A DNA stretch of 64,000 bases from Candidatus Cloacimonadota bacterium. GTDB taxonomy: Bacteria; Cloacimonadota; Cloacimonadia; Cloacimonadales; JAFGVF01. The stretch is taken from the NCBI GenBank assembly GCA_016838885.1, contig JAEKNW010000151.1, positions 3,024 through 67,023 of the forward strand, given 5' to 3'. Below the pieces are notes generated by a model, which searched no databases, was not told where the DNA came from, and saw only the letters and a list, made by a program, of their open reading frames with translations. Shown piece by piece: positions 46,838 through 55,873 of the stretch; position 1 is the stretch's first letter, and every line of letters begins with the position of its first letter. The position numbers and the translations under genes are program-made.

Positions 46838-46867
46838 TAAAAAAGAGTGCTAACGAATCAGCACTCT
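46838..46867 (-). terminator. rho-independent terminator downstream of rpsU
   Basis: The minus strand reads aagagtgct-loop-agcactctt followed by TTTTTT. About 120 nt after the rpsU stop. Confidence 0.65.
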
Positions 46868-46987
46868 TCAATCTCTTAAAACTAGGTATCTATCAGATCT
46901 CTATCTTTTGTAGATATTATGAACTGACAGCTTATTGACCATCAGATTTCCATGATATATAGCTACCTAATTATATCAGTCATAAAA

Positions 46988-47194
46988 TTATTTGTTAAAG
47001 CGATTCAACTTCCTCATTGCTTTAACCATTTTACGCTTTGCAACATTCTCTTCTCTTCTCTTTTGGACAGAAGGTTTTTCAAAGTACTGATTCTTCTTGA
47101 TATCTGATAAGATAGCTGCTTTTTCACATCTCTTCTTAAATCTCTTTAAAAGGATATCAAAAGGTTCATTGTCTCTTCCGACTACTTTAGGCAC
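46988..47194 (-). CDS. rpsU: 30S ribosomal protein S21
   Basis: 68 aa basic protein with a GTG start and GGGGGTGA RBS. FEKPSVQKRREE...AKRK pattern. Confidence 0.9.
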   Translation of the reverse strand: MPKVVGRDNEPFDILLKRFKKRCEKAAILSDIKKNQYFEKPSVQKRREENVAKRKMVKAMRKLNRFNK

Positions 47195-47397
47195 TTTACA
47201 TCACCCCCTTCTTTTATAGATTTTTTATTAGAATACTAATATTATTTGCGTTAAATATCAGTCAAGAATTATTTTATGTTTTTGATACTATTACTCTTAA
47301 TTAGGCATGGTAAGTTTAGGATTTTTTAAAATTCTTCCTTTACTATAATAATGGTACTCATAGGTAGCTTTCAATATTAAATTTTTTTAAATTTTAA

Positions 47398-47426
47398 TTG
47401 ACTTAATTCCAGCTAAATATTATACT
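47398..47426 (+). promoter_or_regulatory. sigma70-type promoter upstream of the dapA leader
   Basis: TTGACT (47398-47403), 17-nt spacer, TATACT (47421-47426). Confidence 0.5.
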
Positions 47427-47455
47427 TGTAAAAATATATAAAGTTACTCGCATTA

Positions 47456-47681
47456 AACCCAAATAATGCAGTAGAATTTAGGGATAAAGCGAATAGCACT
47501 ATCTTCTTTTGCAAAAGTAAGCTACATCATTTTCAGGAATATATATATTATATGCCTTTTATGGATGCACCCTCTGTGTCCCCCTCAAAGAAGGGGATTT
47601 TGCTAAAAGAACCTAGCACTCTTCACCTGTGATACGTAGCTTTAGCGAAGTATTATCAAAGTTCTAATGCCCATTCGGGTT
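47456..47681. repeat. 226-nt full-length copy of the AACCC...GGGTT element family
   Basis: Starts aacccaaataatgcagtagaatttaggg and ends ctaatgcccattcgggtt. Lies between promoter 47398 and the dapA RBS. Confidence 0.85.
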
Positions 47682-47702
47682 AAACGAGAAAAGGAGAAAG
47701 AA

Positions 47703-48584
47703 ATGTTAAAAGGATCTTATGTTGCTTTAGTAACACCCTTTAAGAATAATGATATTGATTATAATGCCTTAGAGACTTTAATAGAATTTCAGATAAAAAA
47801 TGGTACTGATGGAATATTGTTAATGGGGACAACCGGCGAATCTCCTAACATCGCATCAGATGAGAGAGAGAGATTGCTTCAATTCTGCATTCAGAAGATT
47901 GATAAGAGAGTGAAGATCATGGTGGGAACAGGCACAAATAACTTTCATCAGACTCTTTCTTCAACTAAGAAAGCAGTGAAGTTAGGTGTTGATTATGCTT
48001 TAGTCATTACCCCTTATTACATAAAACCGACTCAAAAGAGTCTTTATGAATATTTCAAGTTAATAGCCGGTGAGGTTGAGATTCCTATTGTTATTTATAA
48101 TGTTCCGGGTAGAACCGGGGTAAATATGAATTCTGAGACAACTGTTAAATTAGCTAAAGAGTGCAAGAATATAGTTGGCATCAAAGAGGCAACTGGTGAT
48201 ATTTTACAGGCTTCTCGCATTGTAATGGGGACTGATAAGAATTTCTCTGTGATGTCCGGTGAAGACGCCCTTAATTTACCTCTATATGCAGTGGGATGCA
48301 AAGGAACTATTTCGGTAACTGCTAATATCATTCCTGATAAAGTTCACCGCCTTTGGGCTCTATGTATGGATAACAAGTGGAATGAGGCTAGAAAATTGCA
48401 TGAAGAGATGCTAGAACTTAATAATATGATGTTTATTGAGACCAATCCTATCCCGGTAAAAGAGACTTTGGCTATGATGGGTATGATAGATTTAGAGATA
48501 AGAATGCCACTTACTTTATTGGAGGAGAAGAATAGAGAATTGTTAAGAGAATCTTTAATTAGAAACAAATTAATAAAGAAATAG
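47703..48584 (+). CDS. dapA: 4-hydroxy-tetrahydrodipicolinate synthase
   Basis: GSYVALVTPF, GTTGES, YNVPGRTG, GIKEATGD (active-site Lys). ATG 47703 has an AAGGAG RBS. The listed start 47667 lies in the repeat. Confidence 0.9.
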   Translation: MLKGSYVALVTPFKNNDIDYNALETLIEFQIKNGTDGILLMGTTGESPNIASDERERLLQFCIQKIDKRVKIMVGTGTNNFHQTLSSTKKAVKLGVDYALVITPYYIKPTQKSLYEYFKLIAGEVEIPIVIYNVPGRTGVNMNSETTVKLAKECKNIVGIKEATGDILQASRIVMGTDKNFSVMSGEDALNLPLYAVGCKGTISVTANIIPDKVHRLWALCMDNKWNEARKLHEEMLELNNMMFIETNPIPVKETLAMMGMIDLEIRMPLTLLEEKNRELLRESLIRNKLIKK

Positions 48585-48597
48585 ATAAGGAGTTATT

Positions 48598-51522
48598 ATG
48601 AAGTTAGAATTAGGAAAAGTTTACCAACACTTTGAACTAAAATGGATAAAAGAGATTAAAGAGATAAGTAACACACTCTACTTTTTTAAGCATAAAAAGA
48701 ATGGAGCAGAGCTAATATATTTCCAAAATGATGATATAAATAAAGTATTTACAATTGCTTTTAAGACTTTGCCTGAGGATTCTTGTGGAACACCTCATAT
48801 TTTAGAGCATTCAGTCTTGAACGGTTCTCGCAAATACCCTTGTAAAGAACCTTTTATGGAGTTAGTTAAAGGTTCACTGAAGACTTTTATTAATGCAATG
48901 ACAGCTTCAGACAAGACTATGTACCCGGTAGCCAGCACAAATGATAAAGATTTTATGAATCTGATGGATGTTTATCTTGATGCTGTCTTATATCCAAAAA
49001 TCTATGATACAGAAGAAATTTTCTTACAAGAAGGGTGGCACCATGAAATCTTCAATAAAGAAGATGATGTAATTTATAATGGTGTGGTTTATAATGAGAT
49101 GAAAGGAGCATTTTCTTCTCCTGAATCAATTATTTATCGTAAAATTCAAGGTGTGCTAAATCCTGATAATTGTTATAGTTATGAGTCTGGTGGAGACCCT
49201 GATGTAATACCTGAACTAAGCTATGAGAAGTTTTTGAATTTCCACAAAAGATATTATCATCCAAGTAATAGTTATATCTCACTTTATGGTGATTTAGATT
49301 TAGAGGCTGCCTTAAAGAAGATCGATGGTGAATATCTTACTAACTTTGATTTATTAGATATCGACACAGATATTCCTCTGCAAAAACCATTTGCCAAAGC
49401 ACTTGAAGATCTTGATTATTATCCTATTGGAGAATCTGATTCTGAAGAAAATAAGACTTACATCTGCCATGGATATAGTGTTGGAAGCATTGAAGATGCA
49501 ACAACTAATATGGCCATAGGTTTCCTAGGTGATATTCTTATTGAAATGGAAGGAGCACCCCTTAAAGAAGCTATGCTTGAAGCAGGTTTAGGTCAAGATG
49601 TTTTCTCTATTCATGACAGCTCAATTCTTCAACCTGTTCTTTCATTCGTTATAAAAAATACAAATGCTTCAGAAAAAGATAAAGTTGCTCAAGTTATTAC
49701 TAACACCCTTACTAAGTTAGTCGAAAATGGAATTGATAAAAAGCTGATTGAGGCTGTCATTAACTCCCATGAATTCCAGTTACGTGAAGCTGACACCAGA
49801 GGCTTTCCTAAAGGACTTTTCTATCAAATGAGAGCTTTCAATGGCTGGATGCATTGCCATGACCCAAAATTATATCTAGAGTTTGAAGAGAGAATTAATT
49901 ATATTAGAAAAGCTTCCCAAGAGGGTTATTTCGAGAACCTAATCAAGAAGTATCTTTTAGAGAATACTCATCAAGCAGTAATTACTCTTTTACCTAAAAA
50001 AGGACTTACTGAAGAGAAAAACAATAATCTAAGTAAAAGCTTAGCTGAATATAAAAAAGCCCTTAAGGAAGAAGAACTTAACCAACTTATTCAAAAAAAT
50101 GAAGTTTTAAGAAAGCGCCAACAAACCCCTGATAGTGATGAAGAGTTAGCCAAAATACCTCATATTGAACTCTCTGATATTAGTCCGACTCCTCAGCCTG
50201 TTGATTTTACAGTTACCAAAGAAGATAAGATTACCTACTTAGAAGTAGATTCTCCAACAAATAAAATTGCTTTGGTCAAACTAGATTTTGATGCTAAAGT
50301 GTTAGAAAAAGAAGATTGGAATTGGTTAGGTTTACTTGATTCTCTGCTTACTAAAGTTGACACTAAGAACTACAAGTACAATGAACTATCAAATGAAATT
50401 CATATTAATTTAGGTGAGTTTTCCACAAATTGTGATTTCATACCTGGTCAAAAAGATAGAAATGAACCTAAGGTGTTATTTAGAGTCTTCGTAAAAGCCC
50501 TTCTAGCCAAGATTGAAGTAATCCCTATGTTCTTAGAAGAGATTCTTTTAGATTCTAAGTTTGATAATAAAAATAGAATTCAACAGGTAATAAGAGAGAC
50601 TAAATCTCGCCTTGAAATGATGATGGTTCAAGCCGGACACATACTTGCTATAAATCAAGGTAAAGCTCAATTACGTTATGAGTATGACTTTATTAATGAA
50701 GCTTCCGGGTATAAATACTACAAGTTTATCTGTGATTTGGAAAAGAACTTTGAAGATAAATATGCAGTTATTACCTCAAGACTTAAGGAAGTAAGCAAGA
50801 AAATCTTTACTCAAGGTTTTACCTTGGCTATAGAAGGAGCAAGCGAGGATAACAAAGCTGTTAAAGAAGTCATCACTAAATTTATCAACAAGTTACCTCA
50901 AGCCCCGAAAGACTTACCTCTTATAAGCTTCCAAACTTCTAAACATAATCTTGCTTTGACAGCTCCTATCAATGTTCAATACACTGGCTTAGTCTGTGAT
51001 TACGAGAAAGTAGGTATAAAGTATAAGGGAAGTGCTATGGTGATTAATAATATCTTAAGCTCTGAATACCTCTATAACAACATTAGAGTTCAGGGAGGGG
51101 CTTACGGAGCTATCTTCTCTTATGGAGATGGCGGGCACTTCTCACTTGTCTCTTATCGTGATCCAAATCTTGCAAAAACTTATAAAGTCTATGAAGGAAT
51201 CCCTCAATTCTTAGAGCAATATCAAGCATCACCGGCTGAAATGTCTAAACAGATTATCGGCTCTATTGCCAACATTGATATACCTCTAACCCCTCGTGGA
51301 CGAATTGAAACCTCCACCCACTTCCATTATTCTAATGTTACTCCTGACTACAGATTAAGAGTGAGAACTGAACTTCTAAATACTAGAGCTGAAGACGTTA
51401 AAGCTGAAGCAGAAAACTTCAGAAGAGCACTCGAAACAGGTCTTAGAGTTACAGTAGGAAGTAATGCAAAAATCCAAGAAGATAAAGAGCTTTTCGATAC
51501 TATCGAAAATATCTTTGAATAA
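48598..51522 (+). CDS. M16C-family zinc metallopeptidase (PreP/presequence-protease-like)
   Basis: 974 aa. Inverted zinc motif HILEH in TPHILEHSVLNGSRKYP. Confidence 0.85.
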   Translation: MKLELGKVYQHFELKWIKEIKEISNTLYFFKHKKNGAELIYFQNDDINKVFTIAFKTLPEDSCGTPHILEHSVLNGSRKYPCKEPFMELVKGSLKTFINAMTASDKTMYPVASTNDKDFMNLMDVYLDAVLYPKIYDTEEIFLQEGWHHEIFNKEDDVIYNGVVYNEMKGAFSSPESIIYRKIQGVLNPDNCYSYESGGDPDVIPELSYEKFLNFHKRYYHPSNSYISLYGDLDLEAALKKIDGEYLTNFDLLDIDTDIPLQKPFAKALEDLDYYPIGESDSEENKTYICHGYSVGSIEDATTNMAIGFLGDILIEMEGAPLKEAMLEAGLGQDVFSIHDSSILQPVLSFVIKNTNASEKDKVAQVITNTLTKLVENGIDKKLIEAVINSHEFQLREADTRGFPKGLFYQMRAFNGWMHCHDPKLYLEFEERINYIRKASQEGYFENLIKKYLLENTHQAVITLLPKKGLTEEKNNNLSKSLAEYKKALKEEELNQLIQKNEVLRKRQQTPDSDEELAKIPHIELSDISPTPQPVDFTVTKEDKITYLEVDSPTNKIALVKLDFDAKVLEKEDWNWLGLLDSLLTKVDTKNYKYNELSNEIHINLGEFSTNCDFIPGQKDRNEPKVLFRVFVKALLAKIEVIPMFLEEILLDSKFDNKNRIQQVIRETKSRLEMMMVQAGHILAINQGKAQLRYEYDFINEASGYKYYKFICDLEKNFEDKYAVITSRLKEVSKKIFTQGFTLAIEGASEDNKAVKEVITKFINKLPQAPKDLPLISFQTSKHNLALTAPINVQYTGLVCDYEKVGIKYKGSAMVINNILSSEYLYNNIRVQGGAYGAIFSYGDGGHFSLVSYRDPNLAKTYKVYEGIPQFLEQYQASPAEMSKQIIGSIANIDIPLTPRGRIETSTHFHYSNVTPDYRLRVRTELLNTRAEDVKAEAENFRRALETGLRVTVGSNAKIQEDKELFDTIENIFE

Positions 51523-51535
51523 ATTCGCATGAAGT

Positions 51536-51580
51536 AGATTCTCCCTTTTTCAAGAGAGATTGGGAGAATCTGCCTGTTTT
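51536..51580 (+). terminator. candidate terminator after the M16 peptidase gene
   Basis: 10-bp stem agattctccc/gggagaatct with a 16-nt loop, then gcctgtttt. Confidence 0.5.
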
Positions 51581-51618
51581 ACTACACAATTTATCTCTTT
51601 AGATTAAAAGGAGCAGAG

Positions 51619-52905
51619 ATGAAAAGAATTGCTTTATTATTTATTTTAGTTTTTACCACTTTAATGCTGTTTTCAGCTCATAATCTTACTATTAATGGAG
51701 CTGAATCAACCACTGTTTCTCTAGGAGATGACTTGGAAATCTATTTTGAATATGAGTCTGTGGGTAATAGTGCCACAATCTCTTTAATGATAGATATCCC
51801 TCTCATTGATACTTCAGATTTTGACTTCTTCCAAGGCCAGTTAATCGATGGCGGTCCCTTAGATACAACTCCTGTTGATGGAGTCTTCCAAGGTTCAATC
51901 ACAGCCTTTTGGCAACCACCTACCGGAATCCCTCTCTTAATCACCGTAACTGATGAAGATATTTCTGCTCAAGCTACTGTTACTTTTATTGAACTAAATA
52001 GTACTTTCTCTATCTCCGGTAATATCTCCCAAGAAAGTAACTATGGCTTCAACCTCCCTGTCTTTCCTGCCTTAGTCAATATTCTCTATAATCTCGATAT
52101 GGGCGATATGGATGAGATTGATTTCGAAGGAGGAATAGAAGAATGGTTAGCTTTCTTTGAAGAGAGATTCATTATCTCTGAAGTTAATAATCTCATGGGA
52201 AACTACACTGCCACTATCCCAGATAGTATTGCCAATGTATCTTGCTTAGTTATGCCTATGTCTCTCCTAGATTTTGAAGAGACTCATACTCCTCCTGATC
52301 CTTTCTTTGGCGAAATTAACGGAGCTGTATCTAACATTGATTTTCTCTACACTCTACCAGACGGCTATTTTAACGGAACAGTTATGAATGAAGAAGGACA
52401 AGCTCTCCCTTGGGTTGCAATTGAACTCTATACCCAAGAGGAAGACTTTGCTTATGGCTATACAGATGAGACAGGAGCTTTCTCTATCCCCCTTAATAAT
52501 GGGAACTATACTTACATGATTATGGCATGGGATTATGAACCTTATTATGGTGATATTACCATGAATAATCAAGATATATACCTTGATATATACCTTGTTG
52601 CTGTTGCTAATCATGATCAGGAGATTAACCCTGTACCTACCATCTCCGTTAGCAATTACCCTAACCCTTTCCATGAATCTGTTAAGATTGAAGTTAGTTC
52701 TTCTCTTAATAGCCCAATCTCAGTTAAAATCTATAACCTCAAAGGACAATTAGTTAAGACTTTCACTGAGAATTTTGGTTCAAATGCTAACTTTGTCTGG
52801 CAGGGGAAAGACTCAAATAATAACCAAGTCGCTAATGGTATCTACTACCTTAGAGTAAAACAAGGAAATAATATTATTAGTAAAAAAGTGGTCTTAATGA
52901 AGTAG
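51619..52905 (+). CDS. secreted T9SS-cargo protein
   Basis: Signal peptide MKRIALLFILVFTTLMLFSA. The C-terminal NYPNPFHE...IYNLKGQLV...GIYYLRV sorting domain is similar to that of 23163..25886. Confidence 0.72.
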   Translation: MKRIALLFILVFTTLMLFSAHNLTINGAESTTVSLGDDLEIYFEYESVGNSATISLMIDIPLIDTSDFDFFQGQLIDGGPLDTTPVDGVFQGSITAFWQPPTGIPLLITVTDEDISAQATVTFIELNSTFSISGNISQESNYGFNLPVFPALVNILYNLDMGDMDEIDFEGGIEEWLAFFEERFIISEVNNLMGNYTATIPDSIANVSCLVMPMSLLDFEETHTPPDPFFGEINGAVSNIDFLYTLPDGYFNGTVMNEEGQALPWVAIELYTQEEDFAYGYTDETGAFSIPLNNGNYTYMIMAWDYEPYYGDITMNNQDIYLDIYLVAVANHDQEINPVPTISVSNYPNPFHESVKIEVSSSLNSPISVKIYNLKGQLVKTFTENFGSNANFVWQGKDSNNNQVANGIYYLRVKQGNNIISKKVVLMK

Positions 52906-52954
52906 TACAGGGAAGACTTGCATTTTGCAGGCATCTCTGTAAATAATAAAATAA

Positions 52955-52980
52955 GAGCCTCGCTTTAGCGGGGCTCTTTT
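52955..52980. terminator. bidirectional terminator between convergent genes
   Basis: 9-bp stem gagcctcgc/gcggggctc (one G-U pair) with a TTTA loop. T-run on the + strand and a U-rich tract on the - strand. Confidence 0.7.
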
Positions 52981-53887
52981 ACAAAGTAATAATCACGTCA
53001 TCATCATCAGATTCTTCTGCATCTCTTTGGGGTTTTTCTTTTCTTCTTTTAAAAAGTCTACGAATCCAGCCCCAGAAGAAGATAAGAGGGAATACCAGAC
53101 CCAGCATTGTCCCTCCGGTATAAATAGCATTAAGGATAATCTGGTGTTTGAAATCCTCTTCAAAATCATAATAAAATCTCTCTTTTGAGAAGCCAAAGCT
53201 TTTATTGAAGGCAATGTTAAAATTGGGATGAGTAGTGAACATAAGACTAAAGGCAGAGCTATTTTTCTCATGTAAAAAATCAACAGCCATAGCAGATTTA
53301 GCATAGAAAGAAGTAAGCTTGCTACTATCTTGAGGATATTTAACTTCCATTGTAGCAATGGAGGGTAGCTTGTTAGTTATGTAATCTAAGCCTAAGGCAT
53401 AGACCATATTAGTACTAAATTGACGAGAAAAGTGGATTGCCATCCCTTCATGAAACCAGAGAGGAGCATCCTTGAAGTGATAATCTATAAAGGCATGGAT
53501 GTATTCATGATGTAAAATTTGATAGAAAGTTGAAGAATTGCCAATTTCTAGAAAGCTTTTTATATAGATAATATTACCGCGTCTGCTATAAAAAGCATTA
53601 CTATGTTCAGTAATTCCTCCAAAGGTTGCAACTAAGTTTTGGAAATCCTCTTTATCATGGCTAAGATAGATTTTCTGTTTGAATTTGGGATAAACTCCAA
53701 TCTCCATTTGAAATCTATCAATTAATTTAGGCAGGTGTTCCATTATCTCTTCTGCCAAAAACCTATCTTGAGGATTGGCCTCAACTTCAATTAAATCATC
53801 TGTAAAAATAATCTTATCAGACCACAATGAAGTCAAAAATGTTAATAGCAGAAATATAAGAAGCAGGTTTTTAGAGTTTTTTAGCAT
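52979..53887 (-). CDS. membrane-anchored MA-clan (HExxH) peptidase-like protein
   Basis: N-terminal signal/anchor. HHEYIHAF...PLWFHEGMAIHF (HExxH plus a downstream E). C-terminal TM helix and acidic tail. Confidence 0.6.
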   Translation of the reverse strand: MLKNSKNLLLIFLLLTFLTSLWSDKIIFTDDLIEVEANPQDRFLAEEIMEHLPKLIDRFQMEIGVYPKFKQKIYLSHDKEDFQNLVATFGGITEHSNAFYSRRGNIIYIKSFLEIGNSSTFYQILHHEYIHAFIDYHFKDAPLWFHEGMAIHFSRQFSTNMVYALGLDYITNKLPSIATMEVKYPQDSSKLTSFYAKSAMAVDFLHEKNSSAFSLMFTTHPNFNIAFNKSFGFSKERFYYDFEEDFKHQIILNAIYTGGTMLGLVFPLIFFWGWIRRLFKRRKEKPQRDAEESDDDDVIITL

Positions 53888-54788
53888 TTACCTTTTTCCC
53901 TAAAGAGGCAAGATAAATGACAAATTCATTCTCTCCATCGAAACCTAAATATTCATTGATAAATTCATCGATAAAAGCACCAATTCCACAAACTCCACAA
54001 TTGATTGATTCTCCCGCAAGATAGAGATTTTGGCAGACATGTCCCGCATCTAAGTAGAGATAACGCCAAGATCTGGCTGAATATCGCCATACTGTTCTAT
54101 TAGGTATAGCAGACCAAATAAAATTAACAGCTGCTCCCTTGACCATGTTTTGCCTGTTACATGCTAGCCACAAATTCTCAAGAGTCTCAGGTTCAGAATC
54201 TAACAAAACAAGATTGTGTTTACCTGCATTATAGAAGTAGAATCCAGGCTTAACCCCTTCTACCCTATTGATATAGAGATATGTCTCAAAAGGATGACGA
54301 GCCCCGGCAGAAGGAACTGTTCTAAAAGTTACACTATTCTTTTCTGTCTCCTTAAGCTCTTTAACCCCTTGAGTAAGCCATAGAAGATAAGATAGTTCAT
54401 CTTTACTAATAGGGATTTCTGAATACTCACGAATTGATTTTCTGTCTTCTAAAATAGCCCTAAAATCGTTATGCTCAACCCTGATAGTTTGGGGATTGGG
54501 AAGTTTTATTACTTCTCCTTGCCTTGCTTTAAAAACTTCCGGCTTAGGAATACCCTTCATCTGATCTGAAACACTAGCATAAAGATAAGATGTTAACTCC
54601 ATGAACTTCTTCCCGATACCTTCAACCTCTTCATTTTTCTTGATTGTCTCTGCCACCTCTGAATCATACTCTTGGACTATACGAGCATAATCTTCATCTG
54701 AAACCTCAATCTCATCCTGGATAACTTTATCTTCATACCCTCGTGATTTCATCCTTAGATAAAAGAAACGTTCTCTAACTTTATCCAT
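53871..54788 (-). CDS. SagB/ThcOx-type nitroreductase-family dehydrogenase with N-terminal extension
   Basis: RKSIREYSEIPISKDELSYLLW, RTVPSAGARHPFETYLYI, YLDAGHVCQNLYL, typical of the SagB-type dehydrogenase domain. Overlaps the downstream gene by 17 nt. Confidence 0.75.
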   Translation of the reverse strand: MDKVRERFFYLRMKSRGYEDKVIQDEIEVSDEDYARIVQEYDSEVAETIKKNEEVEGIGKKFMELTSYLYASVSDQMKGIPKPEVFKARQGEVIKLPNPQTIRVEHNDFRAILEDRKSIREYSEIPISKDELSYLLWLTQGVKELKETEKNSVTFRTVPSAGARHPFETYLYINRVEGVKPGFYFYNAGKHNLVLLDSEPETLENLWLACNRQNMVKGAAVNFIWSAIPNRTVWRYSARSWRYLYLDAGHVCQNLYLAGESINCGVCGIGAFIDEFINEYLGFDGENEFVIYLASLGKKVNAKKL

Positions 54789-55090
54789 AACTCTACCTCT
54801 CTTAAATTTCTTTTTTTACTAGTATAATACATAAAGGGTTTTATGTCAAATTAATTAATTACCCTGAATATTTGTTTAATTGTTTATTTGTTGAATTGTT
54901 GAAGAAGAAGAGCTTTCACACAAATTGACCCGAATTATTACAAATTACAAGAATGTAGAGCAAAAGATCTTTTGCCCTACTTCACAGGAGCGAAACCTTT
55001 GGCTCAAGTTCAAGTCTGGTGGAAATAATATAGGAAAATGAGAATATTTCACTTATATAGTGATTCATCATATATCCCTGAAAGGGATTA

Positions 55091-55140
55091 AATAGTTTAG
55101 CCCAGGGTAAAATTCCTGAAAGGAATTGCAACCCTGGGTA
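55091..55140 (+). repeat. 50-nt REP module (nested hairpin)
   Basis: aatagtttagcccagggtaaaattcctgaaaggaattgcaaccctgggta. cccagggt/accctggg outer stem and aattcc/ggaatt inner stem. Confidence 0.9.
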
Positions 55141-55259
55141 CTTGATGTATAAACAACACCCTACCCTGAAAGGGTTAAATAATATCTTATACACCAAAGA
55201 CATATTAAATACATTATTTATTCTTTTATTAAAACCTTACCCTGAAAAGGTTTAATAAA

Positions 55260-55715
55260 TTAATCCCAAAAATACCGTTCATCAATTTCCATTTTATTTT
55301 TGGTCATGAACAACCTAAGTTCATCTTGGAAAGAAACCTTTTTATGATGCTCACTTTGATTGTTAATATAATCAATTGTTATTTGTTTTTGTGCTTGACC
55401 TATGGAAAATCCCCCATAACCTGCTTGCCAGTAGAAGTTTGAATATTCGTCTCCTTTAGTCTTTATCCATTTAGATGTAGACCTCTTTATATCTCCTACT
55501 ATGTTCTTAAAACAAATATTCTTTGATAAATTGAGAAGAATATGGATATGATCTTCATACCCACCTATACAAACTGGATATGAATCATTTTCGTAGATTA
55601 TTTTTGCTATATAAGAAAATAATTGTTCTCTGATATCAGAATGTTTTAAAAAGGGAACTCTGTTTTTGGTAGAAAATACAACATGCATATAAATTTGAGC
55701 AACTGACTGTGCCAT
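55260..55715 (-). CDS. IS200-like Y1 (HUH) transposase / REP-associated tyrosine transposase (RAYT)-type protein
   Basis: YMHVVFSTKNRVPFL N-terminus, HUH motif DHIHILL, C-terminal YWQAGYGGFSIG. ATG 55715 is preceded by GGTGGTGA. No tnpB partner. Confidence 0.8.
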   Translation of the reverse strand: MAQSVAQIYMHVVFSTKNRVPFLKHSDIREQLFSYIAKIIYENDSYPVCIGGYEDHIHILLNLSKNICFKNIVGDIKRSTSKWIKTKGDEYSNFYWQAGYGGFSIGQAQKQITIDYINNQSEHHKKVSFQDELRLFMTKNKMEIDERYFWD

Positions 55716-55823
55716 AAATATCACCACCTGTTATTTAATGATGTAATAATTAAAAATATGAACAGTTTGTCAATTAAAAAATATTATGTATCCCTTTCAG
55801 GGATAATTTAGATTTTATCTAAA

Positions 55824-55873
55824 TACCCAGGGTTGCAATTCCTTTCAGGAATTTTACCCTGGGCTAAACTATT
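55824..55873 (-). repeat. 50-nt REP module, inverted copy
   Basis: Exact reverse complement of 55091-55140. Confidence 0.9.

Noticed and set aside
47456-47681. Lysine (L-box) riboswitch in the dapA leader
   Set aside because: The sequence is a member of a dispersed repeat family found upstream of unrelated genes, and it lacks the L-box conserved core as I recall it.
47667-47702. N-terminal extension of dapA (MPIRVKREKEKE)
   Set aside because: The ATG is inside the right terminus of the 226-nt repeat and the codons include the RBS. The conserved DapA sequence begins at ATG 47703.
52979-54788. TOMM/thiazole-oxazole peptide biosynthetic cluster
   Set aside because: Only the SagB-type dehydrogenase is present. 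There is no YcaO/cyclodehydratase, no precursor peptide ORF and no ABC exporter adjacent.
54982-55203. 73-aa minus-strand ORF, and its look-alike at 55945..56280, which share the peptide NPFQGYMMNHYISEIFSF
   Set aside because: The shared peptide is simply the translation of the 92-nt direct repeats and REP hairpins. There is no RBS, and the ORFs run through palindromes.
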